Source: Candidatus Tectimicrobiota bacterium
Lineage (GTDB): Bacteria > JACPUC01
Assembly: GCA_016192455.1 (NCBI GenBank)
Contig: JACPUC010000006.1
Span: 186,001 to 250,000, forward strand
Direction: 5' to 3'
Length of the DNA: 64,000 nt
Below are positions 26,814-36,421 of the stretch, one piece after another (position 1 is the first letter of the stretch; every line of letters starts with the position of its first letter). Below the pieces are notes generated by a model. The model did not search any database and had not been told where the DNA came from. It saw nothing but the letters and a program-made list of their open reading frames with translations. The position numbers and the translations under genes are program-made.

Positions 26814-28532
26814 ATGGAGCGCATCTGGTTAGCTCATTATCCCGAGGGCGTGCCCCACGACATTGAGCCGCCGAATGTCACCGTCCCGCACCTCCTGGAG
26901 GCGTCGGCGGCTCGCTGGGGGGAGCGGCCCGCCACGATCTTCTTCGGCAAGAGGATAACGTACCGTCAGCTCTGGCGCGCCGCGCGCCGCTTCGCCAGCG
27001 CCCTGGCCGGGCTCGGAGTGGCGCCGGGGGAGCGGCTGGCGCTGTTGCTCCCCAACTGCCCGCAAGCGATCATCGCTTACTACGGCGCCCTCCTGGCGGG
27101 GGCCATCGTCGTCCAGCACAACCCGCTCTACACGGAGCGCGAGCTCGAGTTCCAGCTCAACGACTCCGAATCCTCAACGCTCGTCACGCTGGAAATCTTT
27201 TACAGCCGCATCAAGCGCCTGCGTGCGCGCACCTCCCTGCGGCGCATCATCATCACGAGCGTGCGGGAGGCCCTGCCGTTCCCGCTCAACCTCCTGTACC
27301 CCCTGAAGGCGCGGCGGCAGGGCTACAAGCGGCGCGTGGACACCGAGCCGTCGGTCTTCCAGTTCGCGCGCCTCCTCGCGGAGGCCCCGGAGGCGGCGCC
27401 GGAGGTGCGCCTCGATCCCGCCCAGACGGTGGCGCTCCTGCAGTACACCGGCGGCACCACGGGGAGGGCGAAGGGCGCCATGCTGACGCATCGCAACCTG
27501 GTGGCGAACAGCATCCAGGTGCGGCACTGGTTCGTCGGGGCCGAGGAGGGGCGCGAGGTCTGGATGTCCGTGCTCCCCTTCTTCCATGTCTTCGGCATGA
27601 CCGTCTGCATGAACGTGCCGATCTCCCTCGGCGCGTGCCTCGTGCTCATGCCGCAGTTCGACCTGCGGCTCCTCCTGCGCAGCCTGCAGAAATATCGCGT
27701 CACCATGTTCCCCGGGGTGCCCGCGATGTACGTCGCCGTCGTCAACCAGCCGGGCATCGAGCGCTACGATCTCTCCTCGGTGAAGTACTGCATCAGCGGC
27801 GCGGCGCCCATGCCGGAGGAGGTGCAGCGCCGCTTCGAGGCCCTCACGGGCGCCACGCTCATCGAGGGCTACGGCCTCACCGAGGCATCGCCGGTCACCC
27901 ATGCCAACCCGCTGCGCGGCCGGCGGAAGATCGGCAGCATCGGCGTGGCCCTGCCGAGCACCGAGTGCAAGGTCGTCGACCTCGACAGCGGCACGCGGGA
28001 GGTGCCGCCGGGAGAGGCGGGAGACCTCTGCGTCCGCGGCCCCCAGGTCATGCGGGGGTACTGGCGGCGGCCCGAGGAGAAGCAGGCGGTGCTGCGCGAC
28101 GGCTGGCTGCACACGGGAGACGTCGCCCGCCTCGACGAGGACGGCTACGCCTACCTCCTCGAGCGCAAGAAGGAGATCATCCTCACCGGCGGCTACAACG
28201 TTTACCCGCGCGAAGTCGAGGAGGTTCTCTGCCAGCACCCCGCCGTGCTCGAGGCCGCCGCCGTCGGCGTGCCGCACGAGAAGCTGGGGGAGGTGGTGCA
28301 GGCCTTCGTGGTCCTGCGGCAGGGCGCCACGGCGGAGCCGCAGGACCTCGTCGCGCACTGCGCCGCCGGTCTCGCGGCCTACAAGGTGCCGCGCACCATT
28401 CACTTGCGCCGGGAGCTTCCCAAGACCCTGATCGGTAAGGTGCTGCGGCGCGTGCTCCAGGAGGAGGCGCGCCAGCCTGCGCCGCGGCAGACAGCGGCTG
28501 CGTCGGGGGAAGGGACGGAGGAGCATCCGTAG
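26814..28532 (+). CDS. fadD: Long-chain fatty acid--CoA ligase
   Basis: YTGGTTGRAKG, EGYGLTEASP, GWLHTGD, GGYNVYPREVE, GKVLRR. Confidence 0.92.
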   Translation: MERIWLAHYPEGVPHDIEPPNVTVPHLLEASAARWGERPATIFFGKRITYRQLWRAARRFASALAGLGVAPGERLALLLPNCPQAIIAYYGALLAGAIVVQHNPLYTERELEFQLNDSESSTLVTLEIFYSRIKRLRARTSLRRIIITSVREALPFPLNLLYPLKARRQGYKRRVDTEPSVFQFARLLAEAPEAAPEVRLDPAQTVALLQYTGGTTGRAKGAMLTHRNLVANSIQVRHWFVGAEEGREVWMSVLPFFHVFGMTVCMNVPISLGACLVLMPQFDLRLLLRSLQKYRVTMFPGVPAMYVAVVNQPGIERYDLSSVKYCISGAAPMPEEVQRRFEALTGATLIEGYGLTEASPVTHANPLRGRRKIGSIGVALPSTECKVVDLDSGTREVPPGEAGDLCVRGPQVMRGYWRRPEEKQAVLRDGWLHTGDVARLDEDGYAYLLERKKEIILTGGYNVYPREVEEVLCQHPAVLEAAAVGVPHEKLGEVVQAFVVLRQGATAEPQDLVAHCAAGLAAYKVPRTIHLRRELPKTLIGKVLRRVLQEEARQPAPRQTAAASGEGTEEHP

Positions 28533-28568
28533 CGCGGGTCGGGAGGACGCCGGGATGGAGGAGCCGAG

Positions 28569-29591
28569 GTGAGGAGCGCTGCCGGCGCGGGGGCAGGGTC
28601 TGCCGCGCATCCGCCGCTGGACAACCTGACCGACGTGCCCGGGATCAAGGTGGGGCACGCCACCGACCTGATCGGCTACACCGGCTGCACCGTCATCCTC
28701 TGCGAGGGCGGGGCTGTCAGCGGCGTCGCGGTGCGCGGCTATGCCTCCGGCACGCGCGACCTCGGCCCGAGTACGCCGCTCCACATCGTCGAGCGCGTGG
28801 ATGCCATCCTGTTCGCGGGAGGCAGCGCCTTCGGCCTCGACGCCGTCGGGGGGGTCATGGAGGAGCTGGAGCGGCGCGGCCAGGGGTTCCCCGTCGGTCC
28901 CACCTGCGTGCCCATCGTTCCCGCCGCGATCCTCTTCGACCTCAACTACGGGAGTCATCGCGCGCGCCCGGACAAGGAGATGGGTCGGCAGGCGTGCCTG
29001 GCGGCGAGCCGTGGGCCGCTCCCCATGGGGAGCGTGGGGGCGGGCACCGGCGCGACGGTGGGCAAGCTCAGAGGCATCGCCTGCGCCACCAAGAGCGGTC
29101 TCGGCAGCGCCAGTCTGCATGCGGCGGGCGTGGTGATCGGCGCCCTCGCTGTGGTCAACGCCTTCGGGGATGTCCTTGACGGCTCCTCGGGGGGCATTCT
29201 GGCCGGTTTGCGCGACTCGCCCACGGGCCGACGCTTCGTCTCCACCATGGAAGAGCTGAAGCGCGGCCGGGCCGATGTCGCCCCAGCCTTCACGAACACC
29301 ACCCTCGCCGTCATCGCCACGAACGCGCGGCTCGGCAGGATCGAAGCGACGCGCCTGGCGGGGATGGCCCATGATGCCTTGGCGCGGGTCCTGGCGCCGG
29401 CGCACACGACGCTCGACGGGGATACGATCTTCGTGCTCTCGGCCGGCCCTGCCGCGGCGCAGAGGGAGGTGGAGCTGAATCGGCTGGCGATGCTGGCCCA
29501 GGAGGTGCTGCTCGTGGCGGTGCGGCGCGCCGTGGAACTGGCTGACGGCTTCGGCCTCCTGCCGGCGGTGCGGGACCTGCGGACACCATGA
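28569..29591 (+). CDS. P1/S58-family (DmpA-like) aminopeptidase
   Basis: LTDVPGIKVGH, GGSAFGL, GSVGAGTGAT, VNAFGD, NTTL autoproteolysis site, DGDTIF. Confidence 0.88.
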   Translation: MRSAAGAGAGSAAHPPLDNLTDVPGIKVGHATDLIGYTGCTVILCEGGAVSGVAVRGYASGTRDLGPSTPLHIVERVDAILFAGGSAFGLDAVGGVMEELERRGQGFPVGPTCVPIVPAAILFDLNYGSHRARPDKEMGRQACLAASRGPLPMGSVGAGTGATVGKLRGIACATKSGLGSASLHAAGVVIGALAVVNAFGDVLDGSSGGILAGLRDSPTGRRFVSTMEELKRGRADVAPAFTNTTLAVIATNARLGRIEATRLAGMAHDALARVLAPAHTTLDGDTIFVLSAGPAAAQREVELNRLAMLAQEVLLVAVRRAVELADGFGLLPAVRDLRTP

Positions 29592-32206
29592 CGGCGCAGC
29601 ATCCTTCTAAATGGGGCGCGGCGCGGGGGATGACCGCTTCGCCGCTCCCCTGTGAGGCGCCGGCGCGCGGCGGGGGCGCCTGGTGGGGCCTCCTCGCGTT
29701 CGTGCTCGCGGGTCTCCTCTCGCTGTTCGCTGCCGGCGGCCTGCCGGGGAGGAGCGAAGCGGGCGACCTGGCGAGCCGCTGGCAGGCGCGCTACGCGCGG
29801 TACCTCCACCTCGATGCGCCGCGCCTTGCAGGCCTCAGGCCGCCATATCGCTCGCGCGCTTGGCTGGGGGTGATGATCGAGACGGCGCCGCTGCCGGATT
29901 CCGCGGCGCAGGCTGGCTCCGCCGAGGCTGAGGTGGACGCGCCTCCGCAGGGCGACGGGAGGCCACAGCTCTCGGCGCAGGGGACCCGCCCGGCAGAGCG
30001 GTACGTGCGGATCACCAATGTGCTGCGGGGCTCGCCGGCGGAGCGGGCAGGGCTCGAAGCGGGCGACATGATCCTGTCATTCGCGGGCGAGACGACGGCG
30101 CATGGGGAGGAGACGCTCGACCGCTTCCTTGATCGCGCCCGCCGCCAGGAGCCGGAGGTGGACGTGCCTCTCCGCATCTTGCGCCGTGGCGAGGAGCGGA
30201 CGGTGCGCGTGCGGCTGGCGACGTGGCCGACCCGTAGGGGACCGGAGGCGCCTCACCCCGAGCTCGACCTGCCTGCGTCCGCGCCTCCGTCAACCCTCGA
30301 GGAGGCCGCGCGCGATGACGTCCGGGGCCGCCGCCTGGCGATGGCCATGGCATACCTCGAGGAGGCGGCGCAGCGCCGCTGGCCCTCCCCCGCGGAGGAG
30401 GGGCTGGACGCCGACCCCTTCCGGCTGCCGGAGGTGACCTACCTGCTGCGGCATCCCTTCGCCACCCTGCCGGTGGCGGCGCAGCTCGTCGAGCGGATCG
30501 GCCTCGGCGCGCCCGCGGACGACGCCGCTGCGGGCGCTGCGCAGGCGCAGAGGCCGTCGGCGGAGCGTCCGCACCCGGGGGCCTCGGGCGCCTCGCCGGC
30601 GCACCCCCTGGGCAGTGTGGTGGAACGCCTGCGTGGGGCCGCGGCGGCCCTCCACCTCGGCAGGCTCGAAGCACCGGCGCCGCCGCTCGACTTGGGGGTG
30701 CGGGCGCTCATCGCGCGCTGGCTGGCGGCGCAGGAGGCGGTGCAGCGGAGCCTGGCAAGGCTCACCGACGAGGATCGGCAGTTCCTCTGGCAGGCGATCA
30801 GCCGCTCCTCCCCGCTGCGCCTCGAGGCGGCGGAGTGGTCGCGCCTGCTGCGGCTGGCCACGACGATTGACCTTACGCCGTTTGTGCAGGCCGCCCTCGA
30901 TCTGGCCGTCTTTTTTGAGCCGCAGAGGCGTGCGGCCCTGCGCGCGGCGCTGAGAGCCTGGACGCCCTCGGCGCCGGCGCCGGCCGTCGAGGGGGTGAGC
31001 GGTCGCCTCCTGCTCGCCGAGGAGACTCCCGCCGGGCTGGTGCTCGTGGGGGATGAGGGACCGAACCTCTACCGGCGCGACGCCGCCTTCATCCTCGACC
31101 TCGGCGGCGACGACGTCTACCTCAACAATGCCGGCGCCAGCCGCCCGGGGATGCCGGTGACCATGGTCGTGGACCTCGACGGCGACGATCTCTACGGCGC
31201 GGCGCGGGGCGGGGGAGAAGAGGGTCCCGCCCAGGGCGCCGGGTGCCTGGGGGTGGGGCTGCTCATCGACCTGGCGGGCAATGATCGGTATATCGGCGGG
31301 AGGCTGGCCCAGGGGGCCGGCTGCCTGGGGGTCGGCCTGCTGCTCGACGCGGCCGGCGACGACACCTATGAGGGGAACGAGTTCGTCCAGGGGTACGGCC
31401 TCTTCGGCATCGGCATGCTCATTGACGAGGGTGGCTGGGACGCCTATCGGGCCGCCGGTTTCGCCCAGGGGGCGTCGATGACCGGCGGCCTTGGGGCCCT
31501 GGTAGAAATGGCGGGCAACGACGTCTATGTTGCTGGCGGGCGGGACGCCGATTTCCGCGACCCGGCCAAGGCCACAACGAGCTTCAGCCAGGGGTTCAGC
31601 ATCGGCGCGCGGCCGCGCGGGGAGCATCCTGGGGCGGCGGGGGGCATCGGCCTGCTGGCGGATTTCTCCGGCCACGACACCTACGTGGCGGACTACTTCG
31701 GCCAGGGGGCGAGCTATTGGTATGGGCTCGGAATCCTGTATGATGGCGCCGGCAACGATCGCTACCTTGCCGGGCGCTATGCCCAGGGGGCCGGCGTCCA
31801 CTTCTCCCTCGGGGCCCTCCTTGACGAGGGCGGCGATGATCGCTACGAAGCGCGCGTCGGCGTCAGCCAGGGGCTGGGGCACGATCAGGCCTTCGGCCTG
31901 CTTGCGGATGCCGAGGGGGAGGATGTCTATCAGGCCGGATGGCTGGCCCAGGGGGCGGGCAGCGCCAACGGCGTGGGCCTGCTCCTTGACCTGGGCGGCA
32001 AGGATCAGGCGCTGATCGGCGAGCGCGGCCTGGGATGGGGGGAGGCTCCCGCCGCCGGCGCGAGCGCGGGGATTGTCCTGAAAATCGGCGGCGGGTTGGC
32101 GGGGCAGCGTGGCGCCGGACCCGGCGAGCTCGAGCCGCTCAAGGAGGCGGGGATGCCGCCCCAGGGGCAGGAACGCGGCCGTTTCGGCATCCTCATCCAG
32201 CGCTAG
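29588..32206 (+). CDS. Exported PDZ-domain protein with C-terminal Gly-rich D-x-x-G-[ND]-D-x-Y repeats
   Basis: Signal peptide; PDZ (WLGV...GSPAERAGLEAGDMI); about ten repeats such as DLGGDDVY, DLAGNDRY, DAAGDDTY, DGAGNDRY. Confidence 0.8.
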   Translation: MTAQHPSKWGAARGMTASPLPCEAPARGGGAWWGLLAFVLAGLLSLFAAGGLPGRSEAGDLASRWQARYARYLHLDAPRLAGLRPPYRSRAWLGVMIETAPLPDSAAQAGSAEAEVDAPPQGDGRPQLSAQGTRPAERYVRITNVLRGSPAERAGLEAGDMILSFAGETTAHGEETLDRFLDRARRQEPEVDVPLRILRRGEERTVRVRLATWPTRRGPEAPHPELDLPASAPPSTLEEAARDDVRGRRLAMAMAYLEEAAQRRWPSPAEEGLDADPFRLPEVTYLLRHPFATLPVAAQLVERIGLGAPADDAAAGAAQAQRPSAERPHPGASGASPAHPLGSVVERLRGAAAALHLGRLEAPAPPLDLGVRALIARWLAAQEAVQRSLARLTDEDRQFLWQAISRSSPLRLEAAEWSRLLRLATTIDLTPFVQAALDLAVFFEPQRRAALRAALRAWTPSAPAPAVEGVSGRLLLAEETPAGLVLVGDEGPNLYRRDAAFILDLGGDDVYLNNAGASRPGMPVTMVVDLDGDDLYGAARGGGEEGPAQGAGCLGVGLLIDLAGNDRYIGGRLAQGAGCLGVGLLLDAAGDDTYEGNEFVQGYGLFGIGMLIDEGGWDAYRAAGFAQGASMTGGLGALVEMAGNDVYVAGGRDADFRDPAKATTSFSQGFSIGARPRGEHPGAAGGIGLLADFSGHDTYVADYFGQGASYWYGLGILYDGAGNDRYLAGRYAQGAGVHFSLGALLDEGGDDRYEARVGVSQGLGHDQAFGLLADAEGEDVYQAGWLAQGAGSANGVGLLLDLGGKDQALIGERGLGWGEAPAAGASAGIVLKIGGGLAGQRGAGPGELEPLKEAGMPPQGQERGRFGILIQR

Positions 32207-32318
32207 GGTGATTTCCCGCCACCCCGCGGCGAACGCTTGCGGGTTGCTGGTGTCAAATGGTAGGTATATGGGTCGTTGCCGTGAGGATATTGCTTTCCAA
32301 CCATCGAGGACGACGTGC

Positions 32319-32951
32319 ATGCTTTCTCCTGTCAGACGACATGCCAAGCGAGCGGTGCAGTTGTTCGTGGTGCCACCTAGGGGTACGCTCCTCACCGTTG
32401 GCCTGATCGCCGGCCTGCTGGTGGCCTTCCAGCTCGCCGCCCTTTGGAGCTGGGTGCCACCCGCCGCGGCGACCACCCTCATTCGCATGAGCACCAAGGA
32501 GCTGAGCCTGAAGGCCGACGCGATCTTCTACGGCATCTGCGAGGCCGTTGAGGAGGCGTGGAACAGCGAGCGCACGAAGATCCTCACCAAGGCGCGCTTC
32601 TCGGTCCGCGAGGTCCTGAAAGGCGAGCTGGGCGCCGAGGTGACCGTCTCCTCCCTTGGTGGTAGGGTGGGGGACCTCGCCATGCTGGTGCCGGCGTCCC
32701 CCAAGTTCAAAGCGGGAGAGGAGGCCGTCCTCTTCCTGTGGCAGAACCCTGAGGGCGCCTACTTTGTCCTCGGCATGGTGCAGGGGAAGAAGGACGTCCT
32801 GACGGACCCGAGCACGAGCGGCAAGTACCTCTCCACCGATTCCGGCGTTGACGGCGCCCCCCGGCCGGGGTCGAAGCGGGTGACGTCGCAGGGGCTGGTG
32901 CCACTCGCCGCGTATCTCGAGGAAATCCGCTCGTATCTTGCGCGGCAGTGA
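32319..32951 (+). CDS. Exported hypothetical protein, probable partner of the downstream metalloprotease
   Basis: Signal ending AAA-TT; ELSLKADAIFYG...VREVLKG...PKFKAGEEAVLFL...VLGMVQGK; start uncertain. Confidence 0.7.
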   Translation: MLSPVRRHAKRAVQLFVVPPRGTLLTVGLIAGLLVAFQLAALWSWVPPAAATTLIRMSTKELSLKADAIFYGICEAVEEAWNSERTKILTKARFSVREVLKGELGAEVTVSSLGGRVGDLAMLVPASPKFKAGEEAVLFLWQNPEGAYFVLGMVQGKKDVLTDPSTSGKYLSTDSGVDGAPRPGSKRVTSQGLVPLAAYLEEIRSYLARQ

Positions 32952-33114
32952 TGCAGCCGCGAGCCGCGCGGCTCGCGCAGGGGAGCCTCTGCGCGCCGCC
33001 TCCCTCCAGCGACCGCCAGCCAGCCTTCGCGGCGCCGCGGCGACCTTTTCGAGGACCTGTCAGCGGCTGCGGGTCCTGGGGCTGTGCCTCTCCTCTCAGG
33101 ATTCGCGCCTCACC

Positions 33115-35622
33115 ATGAAGCGAGCCACACCGACCCTCGTCCGTGCCTTCCTTGCCGTTCTGGCGGCGCTGCTGCTTCTGCCGGCGGCAGGCTCCCGCGC
33201 CTCAGTCGATGAGATCATCAGCCTGCCCTTTACCGGCCCACCCTATGATCTCGTAGAACCGCCGCCGCTGGCCGGCCCCTTCACTCCCTTGCGCTGGAAC
33301 CTGGACGAGTATGCGGAGCGGCGCATCCCCTTCACCGTCAACCCGGGGATCGATCTGCGCGGCGGCCTGGCCTTGCCGCCGCGCGCTGAGATCATCGCCG
33401 CCTTCCGCGCTGGCTTTGCGACCTGGGAAGGGGTGCCGACGGCGAGCGTCGGCTTCGCCGTGTCCACCCCGGAGAACCCGCCCCGGGAGACCGGGCTGGA
33501 TGGCACGAACCTTCTGACCCTTGCCGATGAATCCATCGTTGGGCCGGGCACCCTCGGCGCCACGCTCATCTTTGCGCTCGACCGCACGGGCCGGGTCGGG
33601 GTCGGCCCCTTCGCGACGGTCTCCGATTTTGTCAACGAGATCATTGAAGTCGACACCGCCTTCAACCCGGCGGTGCACTTCACCACCGACGGGTCTGCAA
33701 CCGGCTTCGACCTGCAGAGCGTCGTCACCCACGAGCTGGGGCACGCCCTGGGGCGCGACCATACCGGCCTCATCCACGCCACGATGTTCGGCACCGGGGC
33801 GCCCGGCAGCATCCGCCAACGCACGCTCAGCCAGGATGACATTGCCGGCATCTCGGTGATCTACCCCGCCGGCGATGCCTTCCGGCAGGCCCACGGCGGA
33901 ATTGGCGGCAGCGTCCTGCGGGCGGGGGCGCCGGTGTTTGGGGCGCATGTCGTGGCGCTCGACAGCGCGGGCATGCCGCAGGTCAGCGCGCTCAGCTATC
34001 CCGACGGCAGCTTCCATATTCCCGGCCTGCCGCCCGGGACGTACACCCTCTATGCGGAGCCCCTCGACGGCCCATCCCAGCCCGAGGAGTATGATCTCGG
34101 GGTCCTCTTCAGCTTCTCTCCAGGCTTCGCCACCACCTTCGCCACAGAGCCGGTGACGGTGCGGGCTGGCGAGGAGAGCGAGGCGGTGCTCCTGGCCGTT
34201 GGGGGGAGCGGCCAGCTCAACCTGATCAGTCTTGCGGCCGTTGATGCGCGTGGCAACGACGAGGATGCTCCCGCGGGCCTCGTGCTGGTGCCGGGACAGC
34301 GCACACGGCTGCGCGTCAGCGGTCAGGGGATCAGCGAGCGCGCCGAGGTCTCCGTCAGTGGCGCGGGGGTGACGGTGGTCGGCGGTCCCACGGCGAGCCC
34401 GCAGTCTCCCAGCTCGCTGGATCTCACCCTGGAGGTGGATGCCGAGGCCGCACGTGGCCCGCGCACGCTCTTCCTGGAGAGCAACGGCGAGCTGGCGGCG
34501 CTCAGTGGCGGGGTGATCGTCAGCGACGAGAGCTGCGTGGCACTCGCGCCTTCAGCATCGGCCCAGCCCCTCGCCCCTGGGGAGGAGACGAGCGGCGCCA
34601 TCAGCGTTGCGGGGGAAGAAGATCGGTACCGCTTTCAAGGCCGCGCCGGGCAGTTCGTCATGATCGCCATGCTGGCGACGGCCGCCTCGCAGCTCGACAG
34701 CTTCCTCGAGTTGCGCTCCCCCGAGGGCTGCCCGCTGGCCGTGAACGATGACACCATTGGGCTGAGTGCCGTCTTGCAGGATGTGCGGCTGCCGCGTGAC
34801 GGCGAGTACGAGGTCATCGGGTCGGCCTTTGGGGAGAGCACCGGCGAGTATACCCTGCTCCTGACCTTCGCCGACGCCCCGCGTGGGTTCGAGCAGCCGC
34901 GGGGCCCGCTCGTCCCCGGCGATGTCGTTGATGGGAGCGTTGCCGAGCCGGGGACAGTGGGGGAGACGGAGGTCTGGGCCCTCGAGGTGGGCGGCGAAGA
35001 GCGACTGACGATTCGGGTGAGCGGCGTGCGGAGCTTTGATCCCTTCGTCGAGCTTTTTGACAGCACCTTCGCGCTCCTCGGCGCGGACGACGACAGCGGC
35101 GCCGGGCGCGACGCCCTGCTGCAGGACATGCAGCTCCCGGCGGGACGCTACTTCCTCAGGGTGAGCGGCGCCGTCAGGACGTTCGGCTCCTACCTCCTGG
35201 CGTTGGAGGCGGCATCCCAGGGCGGGGCCGCATCGGCGGAGCGTCCCTTCGACATCCAGTTGACGTTGAACAGCTCACTCTATCGCGTGGGGGATCCCTT
35301 CTCAGCCCTTCTGACGGTTTCCGGAACGCCGAACCGGCTGGTTGATCTCTACCTCGCCTTCGTCCTTCCCGATGCGCGGATCGCCTACGCCATCCCCGAG
35401 CCGCTGCAGCGCTTCAGCGCCGAGGCGCTCCCCATCGAGCGCCAGACAAGCTTGGGTGTGGCGCCGGCGGAGTTACTCAGCCTGTCGATGCCTGATGTGC
35501 CGGTGGGGGAGTACGCGGCGATCGCGGCCACGGTGATCGCCGGGGCTCCCCCCTCGCTCACCACCATCCGCGCCCTTGACGTGGCCTTTTTCCAGGTGCG
35601 GGCGCAGGTCGGATCGCGATGA
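33115..35622 (+). CDS. Secreted matrixin-like (M10) zinc metalloprotease with carboxypeptidase-regulatory-like and two PPC domains
   Basis: HELGHALGRDH plus Met-turn ATMF; LPPGTYTLYAEP; PPC-like DSFLEL..NDD and DPFVEL..DDDSG. Confidence 0.85.
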   Translation: MKRATPTLVRAFLAVLAALLLLPAAGSRASVDEIISLPFTGPPYDLVEPPPLAGPFTPLRWNLDEYAERRIPFTVNPGIDLRGGLALPPRAEIIAAFRAGFATWEGVPTASVGFAVSTPENPPRETGLDGTNLLTLADESIVGPGTLGATLIFALDRTGRVGVGPFATVSDFVNEIIEVDTAFNPAVHFTTDGSATGFDLQSVVTHELGHALGRDHTGLIHATMFGTGAPGSIRQRTLSQDDIAGISVIYPAGDAFRQAHGGIGGSVLRAGAPVFGAHVVALDSAGMPQVSALSYPDGSFHIPGLPPGTYTLYAEPLDGPSQPEEYDLGVLFSFSPGFATTFATEPVTVRAGEESEAVLLAVGGSGQLNLISLAAVDARGNDEDAPAGLVLVPGQRTRLRVSGQGISERAEVSVSGAGVTVVGGPTASPQSPSSLDLTLEVDAEAARGPRTLFLESNGELAALSGGVIVSDESCVALAPSASAQPLAPGEETSGAISVAGEEDRYRFQGRAGQFVMIAMLATAASQLDSFLELRSPEGCPLAVNDDTIGLSAVLQDVRLPRDGEYEVIGSAFGESTGEYTLLLTFADAPRGFEQPRGPLVPGDVVDGSVAEPGTVGETEVWALEVGGEERLTIRVSGVRSFDPFVELFDSTFALLGADDDSGAGRDALLQDMQLPAGRYFLRVSGAVRTFGSYLLALEAASQGGAASAERPFDIQLTLNSSLYRVGDPFSALLTVSGTPNRLVDLYLAFVLPDARIAYAIPEPLQRFSAEALPIERQTSLGVAPAELLSLSMPDVPVGEYAAIAATVIAGAPPSLTTIRALDVAFFQVRAQVGSR

Positions 35623-35812
35623 TCGGGCTCTGAGGGAGAGAGGCGGAGGGGGAGGGCGCAACCTCCCACGAGGAGCGGGGCGAGGCGCTGCTTCGCAGGC
35701 GGAGCGGGCGAGGATCGGACTCCTTGGTGGTGGGTGGCGGCGAGGCTGGCGAGGAGAGATGGGAGGCGGCGCTGAATTTTGCGTTTCGTGAGCGGAAATT
35801 TACGATCAGATG

Positions 35813-35841
35813 TTGACAACTCGAAAATATGTCAGCACAAT
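35813..35841 (+). promoter_or_regulatory. Putative sigma70 promoter overlapped by an inverted repeat
   Basis: TTGACA-17 bp-CACAAT; TGTTGACA...TGTCAGCA inverted repeat at 35811-35837. Confidence 0.5.
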
Positions 35842-36259
35842 ATCACCGATCTGGCGGCGCGTGTGCAAGTCTCTGGGCGCTCTCTCCTGGTGTTCCTGCT
35901 GCGGGCCCGGCATTGCGGGCAGAGCGTGGGTCCTCAGCGCGGGGCTGGGCGGGGTCTTCTGCTGCGGTGGCGGGAGCGCGCGAGGTCAGTCTGAATTTTC
36001 GTTCGAGGTTCCGAGGCGGTGACGAGTGGCGGTCTCCCCTGGCTGGCGAAGCAAGGGGGAGGAGGATGGTGTGAGGGCTTTTTTTGGATTTAGATGCCGC
36101 GACGGATGACGCACTGATTGCACCTTTTCTGACCAGTAAACCTTCCTTGATCGTCAATCTTCATCCATCGGGCTCGTGGCTGCGTTGCGGAGTGGAAGGA
36201 TCACGAGCTGACGGTGGCAGGGTTGTCCCCTCAGCGTTGTAAAAAAACGTAAAATTTTC

Positions 36260-36288
36260 TTGACTTCCCTTGCGGTTGATCGTATTTC
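36260..36288 (+). promoter_or_regulatory. Putative promoter of pdaD-speB
   Basis: TTGACT-17 bp-TATTTC preceded by an A/T-rich UP-like tract. Confidence 0.45.
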
Positions 36289-36326
36289 TACGAAACTGAA
36301 GAAGCTGCCTTGCAGAGTGCAAGAAC

Positions 36327-36386
36327 GTCGTGTGTGGGGTTCTCTTTCAGTAATGAAAGGGGTGATTCTAACCTCGTAGCGACACA
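36327..36386 (+). ncRNA. Candidate structured cis-regulatory leader of pdaD
   Basis: CTTTCA-GTAA-TGAAAG GNRA hairpin nested in GGGGTT/AACCTC and GTCG/CGAC stems; overlaps uORF MKGVILTS. Confidence 0.3.
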
Positions 36387-36421
36387 GGTCCTTGAGGCCT
36401 GGCGAAGGGGGCGAGCCGTTG

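Noticed and set aside
31050-32010. RTX toxin repeats
   Set aside because: Units are longer than tandem GGxGxDxLx nonamers, the protein has an N-terminal signal, and no type I secretion genes are adjacent
36295-36421. SAM-I/spermidine riboswitch upstream of pdaD
   Set aside because: No SAM-I core motifs (ATCnAGAG, GCAACC, GTGC) in the right arrangement; kept only as an unknown structured leader
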